Below are positions 37,250-49,485 of a stretch of 64,000 bases of DNA, piece after piece; position 1 is the first letter of the stretch; each line of letters opens with the position of its first letter. This DNA is from Callorhinchus milii (lineage: Eukaryota), in assembly GCF_018977255.1 (NCBI RefSeq), contig NW_024704743.1, positions 43,464,001 through 43,528,000 on the forward strand, written 5' to 3'. The notes under the pieces are model-generated. The model saw only the letters and a program-made list of their open reading frames with translations, did no database searches and had not been told where the DNA came from. A program made the position numbers and the translations under genes.

Positions 37250-37570
37250 AATAATAAAATAATCCTTGCACTTGATATAGCGCTTTTCACGTCAGGAGGA
37301 CGTCCCAAAGCGCTTCATAGAACACACTGTAAAGTGAATTGACTGTATATTTGTGGGCGAACGCGGCAGCCAATTGCGCACAGCAATGTCCCACAAACAG
37401 TTGTAGATTGAAAATGACCAATTTATTATTGTTTTTGGTTTTGGAGGGATTATTATTAGGCTCTGTGTGGAGTAAGGAAACCTGCCCAAGGTTTCGCCCT
37501 CTGCCTGGAATTGAACTCAGGTCTCTCGCTTGCAAAGCGAGTGCTCTAACCACTGAGCTACAGGACTCCA
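37250..37570 (-). mobile_element. Full-length young tRNA-Ala SINE
   Basis: Nearly identical to 2725-3048. Confidence 0.92.
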
Positions 37571-37644
37571 CAACTCCCCTTGCATAACGTGTGGGTGCAG
37601 TGACCTTGTTGAGCTGCCTTAATTACAAACATGAGGTTGACAAC

Positions 37645-37960
37645 AATAATAATAATAATAATCCTTGCATTTGATATAGTGCTTTTCACGTCTTCTAGAT
37701 TTCCCAAAGCGCTTCACAGAAAATACTGTAAAGTGAATTGACTGTATATTTGTGGGCGAACGCGGCAGCCAATTGCGCACAGCAATGTTCCACAAACAGT
37801 CGTGGATTGAAGTGACCAATTTATTATTGTTTTGTTTTGGAGGGATTATTATTAGGTGTGTGGAGTAAGGAAACTTGCCCAAGGTTTCGCCCTGCCTGGA
37901 ATTGAACTCAGGTCTCTCACTTGCAAAGCGAGTGCTCTAACCACTGAGCTACAGGAATCC
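37645..37960 (-). mobile_element. Full-length tRNA-Ala SINE, ~75 bp from the previous copy
   Basis: Complete head, core and tail; differs from its neighbour at diagnostic positions, so an independent insertion. Confidence 0.92.
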
Positions 37961-39817
37961 ACAACAAGCCAACAATTGACATATCTATTCAACAGTTATG
38001 CATCAGGCATCAAGTCTTTTCTTGTATTTTGTACAGGAGTGCAAGTGGAGTGTTGGAAAAGCCCTCCTGGATACTGGGAGAACAACAAACAACAACAACA
38101 AAATTATATTTGTATAGCGCCATTCACGTCGGGAGGATGTCCCAAGCATTCAAAGCTCAACAAACTTAATTTTGATAATGAGCTGCTGACGGGAAAGAAA
38201 ATATTTAGCATAAGAAGGAAACTAAGTTTCTTGGATGCTGTTTTGATAATGTTGGAGATGTAGAAATTGAGATTGAAATCACAGGTGCTAGTGAGACTAG
38301 GAAAGTTGATCAATGAATAAGATTGAAAGTGGAACCATCAAGGAAAAAGAATGGCATAAATATTGGTTAGGCTTGCGAGATGAAAAGATGAGAAGATGAA
38401 ATTATCTTATCTTAGCATTATCACTGGCCTTTGAGTAACTGCACACAAGATAGAAACTATTGTTTTCTTAAACCTATCAATATTCAATGGTTTTCAAGTA
38501 GTTGTAAACTGTTACATTTGGAGTTTTAAAAATAATGACTATTTTTGAGTAAAATAGTGTCTCTACTCATTCAAATAAAGTTCCATCCAATGTAATTTAT
38601 GTGTATGAATAAGCTCAATTCTCCTTCCACTCGTGTGCTATATCTGTTACCCATGATTAGAAGAATTCCATCAGGCCTTACTTTGATTGCCAAAGACAGA
38701 TTCTGACATCTTTCAGACTTACACTAAGTCAATTCTGTACACAAAAGGTAAATGTGAACTTCCCGCGCTTGAAGTTGAAGCTAATTTATAGTCAAAAGAA
38801 GCCTAGATGCTTTAGAGATGTTAATGAAAAGAAGATGTCTCACCTTCTGTGTGTGATAAAAATAAATGGGAGCCAGCTACTATAAAACACTGTGTACAGC
38901 ACTTATGGATTCCTGTGTTTCTCATTATTTTTTTAAAACTTTGCCCCTCTTCCTTTTTCTTACTCTTCCCCTTCATCTTCATCCGCTTTGAGATGTCTTC
39001 CCAAAGTGAACAGAATATATATATGTAAATTGTATTGCATCCAACCTGAAGTTCATGCTTTTCTTACAAACAAACATTTGCAGTAATTCAAAGTAAACTA
39101 AAATGAACTCATGCAATCATAATAAAGCGCGATAATTGTATTGGCTTTATACAGCACATTTCTCTCAGCTTGATTCATGGTGAACAGAGCTTTAGTTAAG
39201 TAATAAGGCATGATAATAGATTTTGGTAATAAGGACCTTTTTGTTTAATTTGTAATCCGCATTATCTCTCTTATTCATATCTTTCCTTTGCTGATTGCCT
39301 GGATCTCTCACAGGAAGGTATAATTGACAAAAAAGCTGGGCAGAAATACAATTTTCCTCAGCTACTGCAGCCATGGTAACCAATAGTGGAGGATTGACTG
39401 CAACCAGGGGTCAAAGTCCAACACCATGAATCCATTTTCTCACATTTTACTGTTCAGAACATTATGGGGGGAGGAGGGGGGGGGGGCGTGGTGCGAAGGA
39501 TCTGTGTCTAGTCCACCACCATCCTCACCACCACATGGACCACCAATGTGATCCCTTCAGTTGTTAGAGAAACACAGAGAACAATGATAGAGTCTGCACT
39601 GACTGGAGGCAGTTAACTTTTCCACTTGTAAATTTATATTGTGTTATCAAATGCATGTTTTTTTATTTAAAAACGCTGCAGGTAAAGAGAAAGGAAGCAA
39701 CTACATTCTGGATGATAACCATAACATTCCACTGGGTTTCAGACACCAGCAAATGCTCACTGTTGGTGACCTATTGACACCAATTTACCAACATCTTAAG
39801 TTGAATATGTTTCAGAA

Positions 39818-39957
39818 TCCTTCCAACAATCTATCTCTGGAATTTCCATGTGTTGGTGGGATACATGGAAATCTCACCTTGGCTTGGATACGCTCTTGAG
39901 CAGGGTGATGGGTTTCCACATGTGTCAGACACTTGGCTGACCCCCCCACAAAAAAAT
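39818..39957 (+). repeat. Family X 3' fragment with A tail
   Basis: TTCCAACAATCTATCTCTGGAATTTCCATGT...GGTGATGGGTTTCCACATGTGTCAGACACTTGGCTGACCCCCCCACAAAAAAA. Confidence 0.82.
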
Positions 39958-40149
39958 ATTTTTTAAGACTTGAACTTACACATTGAAATTAGGTTGTTAT
40001 ATGGAAAGGATTGCCAAGAAAAAAATTACAGCAAACAAAATAATTGATTTTATGTAATGCCCAAGTTGGACTAATAGCAAGTTATTTCATTTTGGAGGGC
40101 CTGGACTCAGAGGAGGCAGTACAAAGAGCTCAACAGTGTGTGCTCCTTG

Positions 40150-40782
40150 GACAGATCATTGGTATTTGAAATTCAATAAGGTTAAATGCAAAACACTTCA
40201 TATAGCAACCAATAATAGGAGGCATATTTACTCCATCTGCATCTGACCCAAAGGAGCAGTGAAAAGGGATCCAGCAGTATTAGTTGACTGCTTGCTCATC
40301 ATGTTAAACAATGCGAGACAGCAATAAACAAGGCCAAATTATTGTGGGCTGTCCAGTCCTGAATAACAGTATGGAGAGCAAGAAGGTTGACCCCTCATTT
40401 TATAGGGAGGAATGAGCTATAAGAACATTTGGATAAGCTAATATTCTTCAGCCTTGAAAAGAAATGTCTCAGAGGAGATCTTATAAGATGCTAAATAAGA
40501 TTGAGAAGGTAAACCGAGAGCAACACATTCGGGTTTGACAGGAGCACTCAGGTTCAGGGTTCTGAACAGCAATTTTTCGCAAGTCCCTACGTACATTTTT
40601 CACATGGAGGATAATCAACATATAAAGTAGGCTAACAGGAATAGTGGTTGAGGCCAGGAGACTGGATTCATTTTAAAAACAATTCATCCTAAAATGAAAT
40701 GATGATAGGTAAAGTATTCTGGAAGAATGTGATCAAATGGACTGAAAGATCATCTTCATCTCAACCTCTCTTGTGATCCTGT
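40150..40782 (+). mobile_element. Old CR1-like 3' fragment
   Basis: GAAATTCAAT..AAATGCAAA, GAAAAGGGATC, CTTCAGCCTTGAAAAGAAATGTCTCAGAGGAGATCTTATA motifs. Confidence 0.65.
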
Positions 40783-40974
40783 GTATCAGAGGGGTGATAT
40801 TTTGCCTTCAAAGTGCTCCGGGATGCTACCCCATGTGAAGGCTGCTATATAAATGCAAGTCGTCGTTGTTGTTTTATTTCTCCTAGTATTAAATTGACCT
40901 GTTAAAAATGCATGCATGTTAAGGGTGAATACATTTTCTTACACTCCACCTTCATTATAAAGCTCTCATTGTGT

Positions 40975-41291
40975 TATAATAATAATAATAATCCTTGCAT
41001 TTGATATCGCACTTTTCACATCTTCCAGACGTCTCAAAGCGCTTCACAGAATAGACTGTAAATTGAATTGACCGTATATTTGTGGGTGAAATGCGGCAGT
41101 CAATTGCGCACAGCAGTGTCCCACAAAGTCGTGGATTGAAAATGACCAATTTATTATTGTTTTTGTTTTGGAGGGATTATTATTAGGCGTGTGGAGTAAG
41201 GAAACTTGCCCAAGGTTTCGCTCTGCCTGGAATTGAACCCAGGTCTCTCACTTGCAAAGCGAGTGCTCTAACCACTGAGCTACAGGACTCC
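40975..41291 (-). mobile_element. Full-length tRNA-Ala SINE
   Basis: Complete head, core and tail. Confidence 0.92.
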
Positions 41292-42099
41292 ACTTTGGAA
41301 AGGTTATCTTTGAAAAAGGCTATTGCATTATGCCTTCTAACTTTATTATCTATCTTGAGAAACTCCATATCACACAGACTTCATTATGTACATAAAATAT
41401 TTGGCTTTGGAGACTGCTTTTAAACAAATGAAATCTTTCTCTTTAAAATCCTTGGGCTTTGATTTTATTAGTGTGTAAAAAATTATTAGTGTGTAATAAT
41501 TGCTCTGTGTGTAGGAATAGGTTAGATAGTCAGAAATACAAATAGAAACTTTGGTGACTTTTTGGTCTCCCGATCAATATTCGCTCTCTGAATAATAAAT
41601 ACATCTGATGATCGCCTCCACACTTTACAGTAAATCTTGTGAAGCACTTTGTTACTTGCTCCTGACATGAAAGACGTTATATCTAATGCAAGGAGAATAC
41701 TATTATTTGATGCATATTCAATGTTCAGTTATTTGACATTAGCTTTATTCACATTATAGTCTAGGAACAAGCTTTGATGGCTTACTTGTTTGTGGTTAAA
41801 TCAGGAAAAAAATTCCTCTAAAATATTGATATTAATCAGCATGAACAGACGGTACTCCTGATCAGTCAAACTCTTGCTTTATATGTGTCAACAAGTATCA
41901 ACTATAATTAGATGGTTATTGACAGGCTATGACTAATTAACTATGTTGAACTAATAGCACTTCTCAATAACAAGCTAACTTATACACTAACAGTGGTGCT
42001 GTCATTGTTGTAATGTGTTGGAAACGTTTGTATTAATTTGTTTACTTGCTATGTATGCTCTGTATCGAAATGCATATACGGTTCGAGAAGACATCATAA

Positions 42100-42452
42100 T
42101 AACCTGACGCTCCAGTGCACTGCTCGGGGAGCGCTGCATTGTTGGAGGTGCTGTCCTATAGATGACATGTTGGACCAAGGTCCCTTCTGCCTGTTCAAGT
42201 GGACATTAAAAATCCCACGGCATTACTTGGAAAGAGAAGGGAGTTTCTCCTGTTGTCCGGGTTAACACTCCCTCTAATAAAATTGGTGATTCACTTCATG
42301 CTGTTTGTGGGATATTGCTGCGCATAAATTGTTTACTGTGATCACCTGCAACAGATACAGTCGCTACACTTTACAGTATATCCTGTATAGCGTTTTGAGA
42401 CATTCTCCCAATGTGATAGGCGGGGTCTCAAATTTAGGGATCGTTATCTTAT
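42100..42452 (+). mobile_element. Old long Deu-core SINE (head missing)
   Basis: GCGCTGCATTGTTGGAGGTGCTGTCC...TTAAAAATCCCACGGCA...GCTGTTTGTGGGATATTGCTGCGCATAAATTG. Confidence 0.72.
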
Positions 42453-42540
42453 TCTATCATTTGCTTTTAATGTCACTAGAACAAAATTGAATGTTGCTTT
42501 TCTCTCATTTTGGCAACATGTATTAACTAAGAGAGGCTTA

Positions 42541-42718
42541 AGGTCCAAAATTCTGTCTACTCTTGATTTCTAAGACCATTTTATCTTAACATTTGAGATG
42601 CTATGGAATTGTGGAACATTCTTATGCTAACTTTTAACTTTGGAGACAGTTTTATGCAGTTCTTAAATTTTCATCCAAAGTGCTCTTACAGGCGGAGACT
42701 AGCTGAAAATTTGGACCT
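42541..42718. mobile_element. MITE-like element with terminal inverted repeats
   Basis: Ends AGGTCCAAA...TTTGGACCT; interior aligns with 29750-29865. Confidence 0.55.
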
Positions 42719-43004
42719 TTTAGAGCTGGCCAGGTTGTACGGCAGCTGTGCAGAGTTATAAGACACAATAGTGGAGATTCCTCTGTGCACTTATTTTTAG
42801 TAACAACGTTAAAGTGCATAAAATGAGGTAAAGTGTTGGTCTCTCAGAAGGCATTCCACTGCAAAACCAACCAAATAAAATCTTTAGTGAAAATAGTGAG
42901 AACTAATTCATTTTGCTTAAACAAAAACAAAAAAGGGGTGTTAATAATGCAGCTGTTAATATTAACACATCTTTTTCCATTTTGTTGCAATCTCCCCTCT
43001 GTTT

Positions 43005-43255
43005 TGCATCATTAACACCACTTTGATCTATCATTCCCTGTCCTCTACCCCATTTTCTCCTTTGTGTTCCTTGCCCTGCCTCCCCCCTCTCTGTTAGCCC
43101 TTAAAAACCTCTCCCTGCCTAGTTCTGACAAAGGGTTGTGGACCCAAAACATTGACTCACTTTTGTTTCTCCATAGATGCTGCCTGACCTGCTGAGTGTT
43201 CCCAGCGACTTCTGTTTTTGTTTCAGATTTCCAGCATCTGCAGAATTTTGCATTT
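43005..43255 (+). mobile_element. Penelope-like terminal repeat with decayed hammerhead motif
   Basis: Pyrimidine-rich leader, then AGTT-CTGACAA-AGGGTTGTGGACCC-AAAA-CATT-GACT (43121-43157), then GATGCTGCCTGACCTGCTGAG...TCAGATTTCCAGCATCTGCAG. Confidence 0.72.
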
Positions 43256-43269
43256 TGTTTCCATTTTGC

Positions 43270-43419
43270 TTAAAGCCTAGTTGAAGACTATTTACAAGGA
43301 ATTTGTGCAATGCAAACCTGAGAAAGTCACATCAACAGCATTGTTGGAGGTGCAATTTTTGGTCAGAGGTGGCTTCGATATAACAATGAGATAAAGTCAA
43401 TTTTTTGTAGGGTCAGCTG
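43270..43419 (+). repeat. Left arm of a ~150-bp inverted repeat (partner 44723-44874)
   Basis: TTAAAGCCTAGTTGAAGACTATTTACAAGGAATTTGTGCAATGCAAACCTGAGAAAGTCAC... matches the reverse complement of the partner. Confidence 0.9.
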
Positions 43420-43587
43420 TGCTAGCGGATTCCAGAATGTGTGTTTGAGTACCACTGGAGTTTACCAGCTAAAACACATATCTAGGGGCAGTTAGGCGGA
43501 GAAAAGAACAGGCCAGTGTTCCTGAACAAAGGGAATGGTTGGGCCAGTATGTTTGAAGGAGGTTGACAGGGTAAAACAGTTACGTGG

Positions 43588-43998
43588 ATAATAATAATAA
43601 TCTTTATCCTTGCATTTGATATAGCTAGCGTCTTATCACATCTTTGAGAAGTTTCACAGCGCTTCACAGAATATACTGTAAAATGAATTGACTGTATACT
43701 ATATCAAATGCAAGGATTATTATTATTATTATTTTTGTTGGCGAAACGTGGCATCAATTCCACACAGCAGTGTCCCACAAACAGTTGTGGATTGAGTGAC
43801 CAAATGGTTATTATTATTTTTGAAGCAATTATTACCCTCAGAAAAGCAATCCGCCAACTAACAACAAGGTTCCTATTTATTGCTTGGTAAACAGAAGTGT
43901 GTTGAGTAAGGAAATTTGCCCAAAGTTTCTTCCTGCTGGGAATCAAACCCAGGTCCTCTCGTTTGCGAGGCGGGTGCTCTAACCACTAAACTACAGGA
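43588..43998 (-). mobile_element. tRNA-Ala SINE, longer subfamily, with an inverted tail piece inside
   Basis: Head at 43940-43998, core, tail at 43588; opposite-strand CTATATCAAATGCAAGGA(TTA)n at 43699-43731. Confidence 0.85.
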
Positions 43999-44635
43999 CA
44001 ACAGAACTTTCTAAATCGTAGGAATTTTCAACTCCATTCCAATGCCTTATATTATGAGCAGGAATACTCCAATAGGGAATCATATGGAAATCTATCTGGT
44101 TGAAATACGGGACTCTTTGTTTTATATTGAGGAACCTAGGTGGAGTAGTCTCAGCAAATCTCGGATTGAGGGAAGTTCTGGCAGTTTTTGTTACTAAATT
44201 CAACTTGAGTATCGGGCACAGTTGGTTTCAAACAAAGCAGTTTGTTGAGATGTTTCTTATAAAAAAAAAGGCCAAATGCCCCTTGTGGGATGTAATCTCA
44301 GCAGTATAGAAGATCAAACCGATTTCAAAAGGTTCCGCTTTGTATGTGGTTAACAAATCAATTTCAATCAAGAAAATACCAAGTTGCTAGCAGCCCTGCT
44401 GGATTGTTACTGGTGTTTAAAGCTTCCCAACAAGGCTAGAATCCAACTCTACTCGTCACCAAGAAAATACAAAATGAAGATTATCACTAGGACAAAAAAG
44501 GAGCAGAGTAGAAGAATGGCTTTATTGTTATTATCCTAAGGGTTTCTAGAATATGGAACATGTTCCTCCAAATGGCTGTTGAAATTGAGTGAATGGCTAT
44601 TCCACTCTCAGTCTAATTTGAATACTCTTAACCAT

Positions 44636-44874
44636 GGTGACTTCGATATAACAATGCGATAAAGTAAATTTTTTGTAGTGTCAGCTGGGTGTCTGACATG
44701 TGTTTGCTAGACGTGTCGGATGTGTCAGACACCCAGCTGACCCTACAAAAATGGGCTTGATCCCATTGTTATATCAAAGCCACCTCTGACCAAAAATACA
44801 TAATACTGTTAATGTGACTTTCTCAGCTTTGCATTGCACAAGTTCCTTGTAAATATTCTTCAACAAGGCTTTAA
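44636..44874. repeat. Foldback hairpin (44636-44784) plus right arm of the 150-bp inverted repeat
   Basis: Perfect 19-bp stem GTCAGCTGGGTGTCTGACA (44680-44698) / TGTCAGACACCCAGCTGAC (44723-44741), extending imperfectly to ~63 bp. Confidence 0.9.
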
Positions 44875-45759
44875 GTATTGGGGAATTGGAAAAACATTTG
44901 GGAAAAGATGAATATGGGCGGGAAAAGAGCAGGGGAATAGGAGTAGCGCAGAAAGCTCCTTTGGGAAAATTAGCAGAGACTCAATAGTCTGAATGATCTT
45001 CTGTGCTATAAACATTGCATGAAAGATTATGCCAACCACTGTGTGTTTGAAGAGAAAACCTCACCATGTTGTATTAGGTTACTCAGATAACAATCCTACA
45101 GGTTGCCAATAGCAAAATTAACACTCCTAAAACTTACTCTTTTCCAAATGCTCAAGTAAAATGCAGCCTTGCCAAGAGAATGGGAAGCCATATGATAAGA
45201 CATCCATCACCAATGATAGTATTAATTATTTCAGTGGTTTTTTATGTAAAAATAATGCTTAACCCACATTCTCCAGACTCCTATCACAGCCTTGGCTTTA
45301 AATTATTTGCAGATTGTAGCTTTGAAAACATTACTTTCCTTCTATATTCACCATCTATCCAGAGCATCAGAAGCCTGAACGTCCATCCAGTCTTACCCTT
45401 ATTGATTATTTTATATACATATTAGCTATAGTTTTACTACATTGAAATCTTATTGCAAAGGAAGTGCAGCTGTGTTTTTACGACAGTATTATACAGTTTA
45501 CATTTGTAAAGTGTCTTTCATGTTGGGAGGACATCTCCATACCACAGCTGGCTGGAAGCTGATGGGTGTGGGAAGGGGAAGGATGCCCGAAAGCCTATGA
45601 GAGAGGTACCTCTTGTAGTGATGGAATCTCTTTACTGCCTTTATTCAGCTGTACACACACTAACACTGCATTGTATTTCTCTTCTAGCAAATTGGGAAGT
45701 CTTCCCGACATAAAAGGTACGATATAAATGAAATTTATTGTTGTTAGTAGTAGTTGTCA

Positions 45760-46582
45760 ACAAGACCGAGGACCTCATGTTTAGCTCCTATCAGCCCCTC
45801 CACACCTCAGGCACTGGCAGCATCACCATCCATGGATGCACACTCCACCTCACAGATCCAGTCCAGAACCTTGGCATCTTGTTTGACCCTCAAAAAGGAC
45901 AATTTTACCCCACATTCATGCCATGACTCGTTCTGCCTTTCCCAACCTCTACCACTGCCTCTTCCCTCAGGCCACTGAAACCCTCATCCATGCATTATTA
46001 CATCTAGGCTCGACAACGCCAAACCTCCCTGCTTGTTGGCCTTCCCAATTGTCAGCCTCCACAAGCTGCAGATTATCCAGAACTCTGGAGTTCGTGTCCT
46101 CTTCCGCACCAGGCTCCGTGACCCCATCACACCCACCCTCACCCGGCTCAACTAGCTCCCCATCCTACAGTTCAAAATCCTCGTCCTCAACTTCAAGGCC
46201 CTTCATGGCCTTGTTCCTTCCTACCTCTGTGACCTGCTCACCCCATATCAACCTGTCCACTCCCTCTGCCTAGCAGGCTCCGGCCTGCTCCACTTTCCCC
46301 CACTGGTCCACCCCACCATCACCTTCAGCCTTTCTGCTCCCACCCTTTGGAACTCCATCCCACAGGCCCTTTGCCTCCCTCTCTCCTTTGCCTCCTTCAA
46401 GGCATGTCTCAAGACCCTCCTCTTGGACCACGCCTTCGGTCACCCTCCTACCCCTACCCTCCCTGCCTTCCACCCACCCCTGATCCCAACCTCCTACTTG
46501 GGTCCAAATCCTGACTGTCCAGCACTTTCGGATGTCCTCCCGACACGAAAGGCGCGATACAAATGTAATTTGTTGTTGTTGT
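45760..46582 (+). mobile_element. 5'-truncated L2 LINE (ORF C-terminus and 3' end, (TTG)n tail)
   Basis: NKTE, VQNLGILFDP, ATETLIHA, SRLD and HKLQIIQN motifs; tail GATGTCCTCCCGACACGAAAGGCGCGATACAAATGTAATTTGTTGTTG. Confidence 0.88.
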
Positions 46583-48328
46583 TCTGCTTCTAAACTAATG
46601 CTTGTCACTCTTTAATTCAAATCAGTTAGAAATAGTAGTTTTGCTCCCGATCTTCAGCACTAGCTGGTGGTTAATGAGAAGCTGCGAAGAGACAATGCTT
46701 TTGCTCCATTCTTATCAGCTTTCTTTTCGTCAGAACTAATGAAAATTCAGGAACAGATCAAGTATCTGTAAGTCTTCAACATTTCTTTTCTTATCAATAA
46801 AAAAAACTAGTTTTATTTTTTTAAATGGCCCAAGTGACAAAAAATGACTTTTCAGTTTTATTTATTTTTAAAATTCAATGTATTGATACAACATCTCAGA
46901 TAATATATTAAGTATCTAATATCTAAGAATAGTAGAGCTAAGCACTTCCACCTACCTAAGTACCTTTCACTTTGTGTTTGTAGCTATCACCTAGTGTGTG
47001 ATTCTGGTATCACAGGTGCTGGGCTATAATACAAGGAGACTGCATTAATCTGAAGGCTGCAGTGTCTCCACCACCAGAGAACAGTCATATCACAGCAGGC
47101 AGGGTGAAGAGAACAAGAAAGCAATCAGACCAGGATTTTTGAGCTGGTAACCTTAGCTTTGAAGTTGCTGATAAGATAATAATTAAAGATAGTTGTGCCC
47201 CGTGGTTTTATGGTTTTCAATTGCAGTCTTTAATCCCTCCCTGCATGGAAACAAATTCGAGATGTTAGCGGATTAGAGGTCTTAAAGTATTGTTATCAAC
47301 TTGCAAAATCTCTTGCAAGACAGAAATTGCACGGGCCAATTCAGGATTCAGAATCTAACACTTTGCTCTTGGAAAACGTACTCATTCTCATAACAACAAC
47401 TTTATCCTTGGACAGTTGGCAGTTTACACTATACTGTAATGTTTTAGTGCTATTGATTGGCACAAAAGAGGCATTGGGCCTCTGAATTCATTTTAAATTT
47501 AATATTAAGTATATGTTGTACCTATTAGGTAACTATAATTTGGTTTAATCAGGTCAGATTGGTATTATATGTTCAGTAACTATAGTTTGGTATTTTAAAA
47601 AATTGCATAGGCTGACCCTATCTTGTACATAATTCTTCAGTGAGAGAGGAACCTTTGAAAATGAATCTACACCTGCCTGCATTCAGAGTCTTATTTCTTA
47701 TTTCTTTTGCACTTAAATCTCATTCATCATAAAGTACCTTTTCAGGAATGAAGCTTTAAATAGAGGACACCATAATCACATTTATGTTAATTTATGATAA
47801 TAGAAACAACAGGGAAAATAAAGTTTGAGGTCTGCTAAGCTGTTCGCTTCCACAAAGCTGACTTTCTATATCGATTATTATCACTGTTATTTTTGCTTGT
47901 GGCAGTGGTTCTGTGGATGAACTATTTCATCGCACAATTGCATTCGCACCGTTGAAATAAAATGCTGCTGAAGACAATACATAGAATTGCCGTGCATAAA
48001 TGTGAAATGTGTTTTTTAATCCCTGCTGGTAAACAGAATCATAATTCACTTGTGCATTTGTCACCTCCCTGTTATTCAGATCTGTCCAGCGCCTTGAGAA
48101 GTCCTCCCGACATGAAAGACGTTATATAAATGTAATTTTGTATTCTATTGTATTTCCTCACTCATAGACGAAAGCTAGCCTTTGAGCATTCTTTGAATAC
48201 CATAACTTCGACACATTAATTAATCATACTACAATTATATCTAGACATTTGTCCTCTGTAAGTGATAGCTCTTAACCGGTGTGAAATCTGAACCTCCAGA
48301 GTCTTAGCTTGTACAATTGTTTTGTCTT

Positions 48329-48640
48329 ATAATAATAATAATCCTTGCATTTGATATAGCGCCTTATCACGTCTTCAAGACGTCTCAAAGCGCTTCACAG
48401 ATATACTGTAACTGAATTGACTGTATATTTTGTAGGCAAAATGCAACAGGCAATTGCACACAGCAGTGTCCCAGGGATTATTAGCCCTGGAAAAGTGGTC
48501 TGCCAATCGACTGACAACCGGGATCCTAATTTCTGCTTGTTAAACAGAGGCATGTGGAGTAAGGAAACTTGCCCTACATTTCGCCCTGCTGGGAAATGAA
48601 CCCAGGTCTCCCACTTGCAAGGTGAGTGCTCTCACCACTA
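48329..48640 (-). mobile_element. tRNA-Ala SINE, longer subfamily, with internal deletion
   Basis: Tail, core and most of the head are present. Confidence 0.85.
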
Positions 48641-48830
48641 ACAACAACAACAAAATTACAATTGTAAAGCGCCTTTCACGTTGGGAGGTTGTCCCAAGGC
48701 ACTGAACAGTCGGGGATCAGGACCTGAGCATGGGGAGACAGGGTTGAGGTGAGGGAGGGCAGAGAGGTAGGAGGGCGGTTGAAGGCATGGTCGAGAAAGA
48801 GGGTCTTGAGACGTGCCTTGAAGGAGTGTG
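48640..48830 (-). mobile_element. L2 3' end
   Basis: (CAA)n AATTACA..GCGCCTTTCACGTTGGGAGG...GGGTCTTGAGACGTGCCTTGAAGG on +. Confidence 0.82.
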
Positions 48831-49227
48831 CATTCGAGAACGAGATGATATTGGAGGCACTCTGAGATGCTACGTCACACGAAGGACACTTTATAATTGT
48901 AAGTTGTTTTTGCTGATGCCGATGATATATTTTGTTTGGTTGCATTTTTCATCTCCATCAAGTGCTGCTAAATTGCAATCTGATAAATGGAGCTCTAAAG
49001 CTGCACTTCACTGAGGTACAGTCAAATGAGTTAGCACAACCATCTCTCCCATTTGTCTAATGCAACCAGTGGCCACTTTCTTTAGCCCTGCTGGTTTATT
49101 GACTCACTTTTCAGGGTGTCATTGACATGCCTCAGAGTTTAGTGGGAGTCTACACGTGAGCCCACAGAAATATACACTTAGAAATTCTACACACATCAAC
49201 AAACCCTTACTCAGAGACCACTTTTAT

Positions 49228-49485
49228 ATAATAATAATATAATAATAATCCTTGCATTTGATATAGCGCCTTATCACGCCTTTGAGACATCGCAAAGCGC
49301 TTCACAGAATATATTGTAAAGTGAATTAACTGTATGTTTTGTGGGCGAAATGCGGCAGCCAATTGTGCACATCAGTGTCCCAGAAATAGTTGTGGATTGA
49401 GTGACCAAATTGTTATTTATTTTTTATTCTTCTTTTGAATGGGTTATTAACCCTGGAAAAGCGATCCGCCAATCAACTAAAAACC
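49228..49485 (-). mobile_element. 5'-truncated tRNA-Ala SINE
   Basis: Tail and core match the consensus. Confidence 0.85.

Noticed and set aside
37250..37960. Tandem duplication or CRISPR-like array of two SINEs
   Set aside because: The copies carry different subfamily diagnostics, there is no regular repeat-spacer structure, and the context is eukaryotic.
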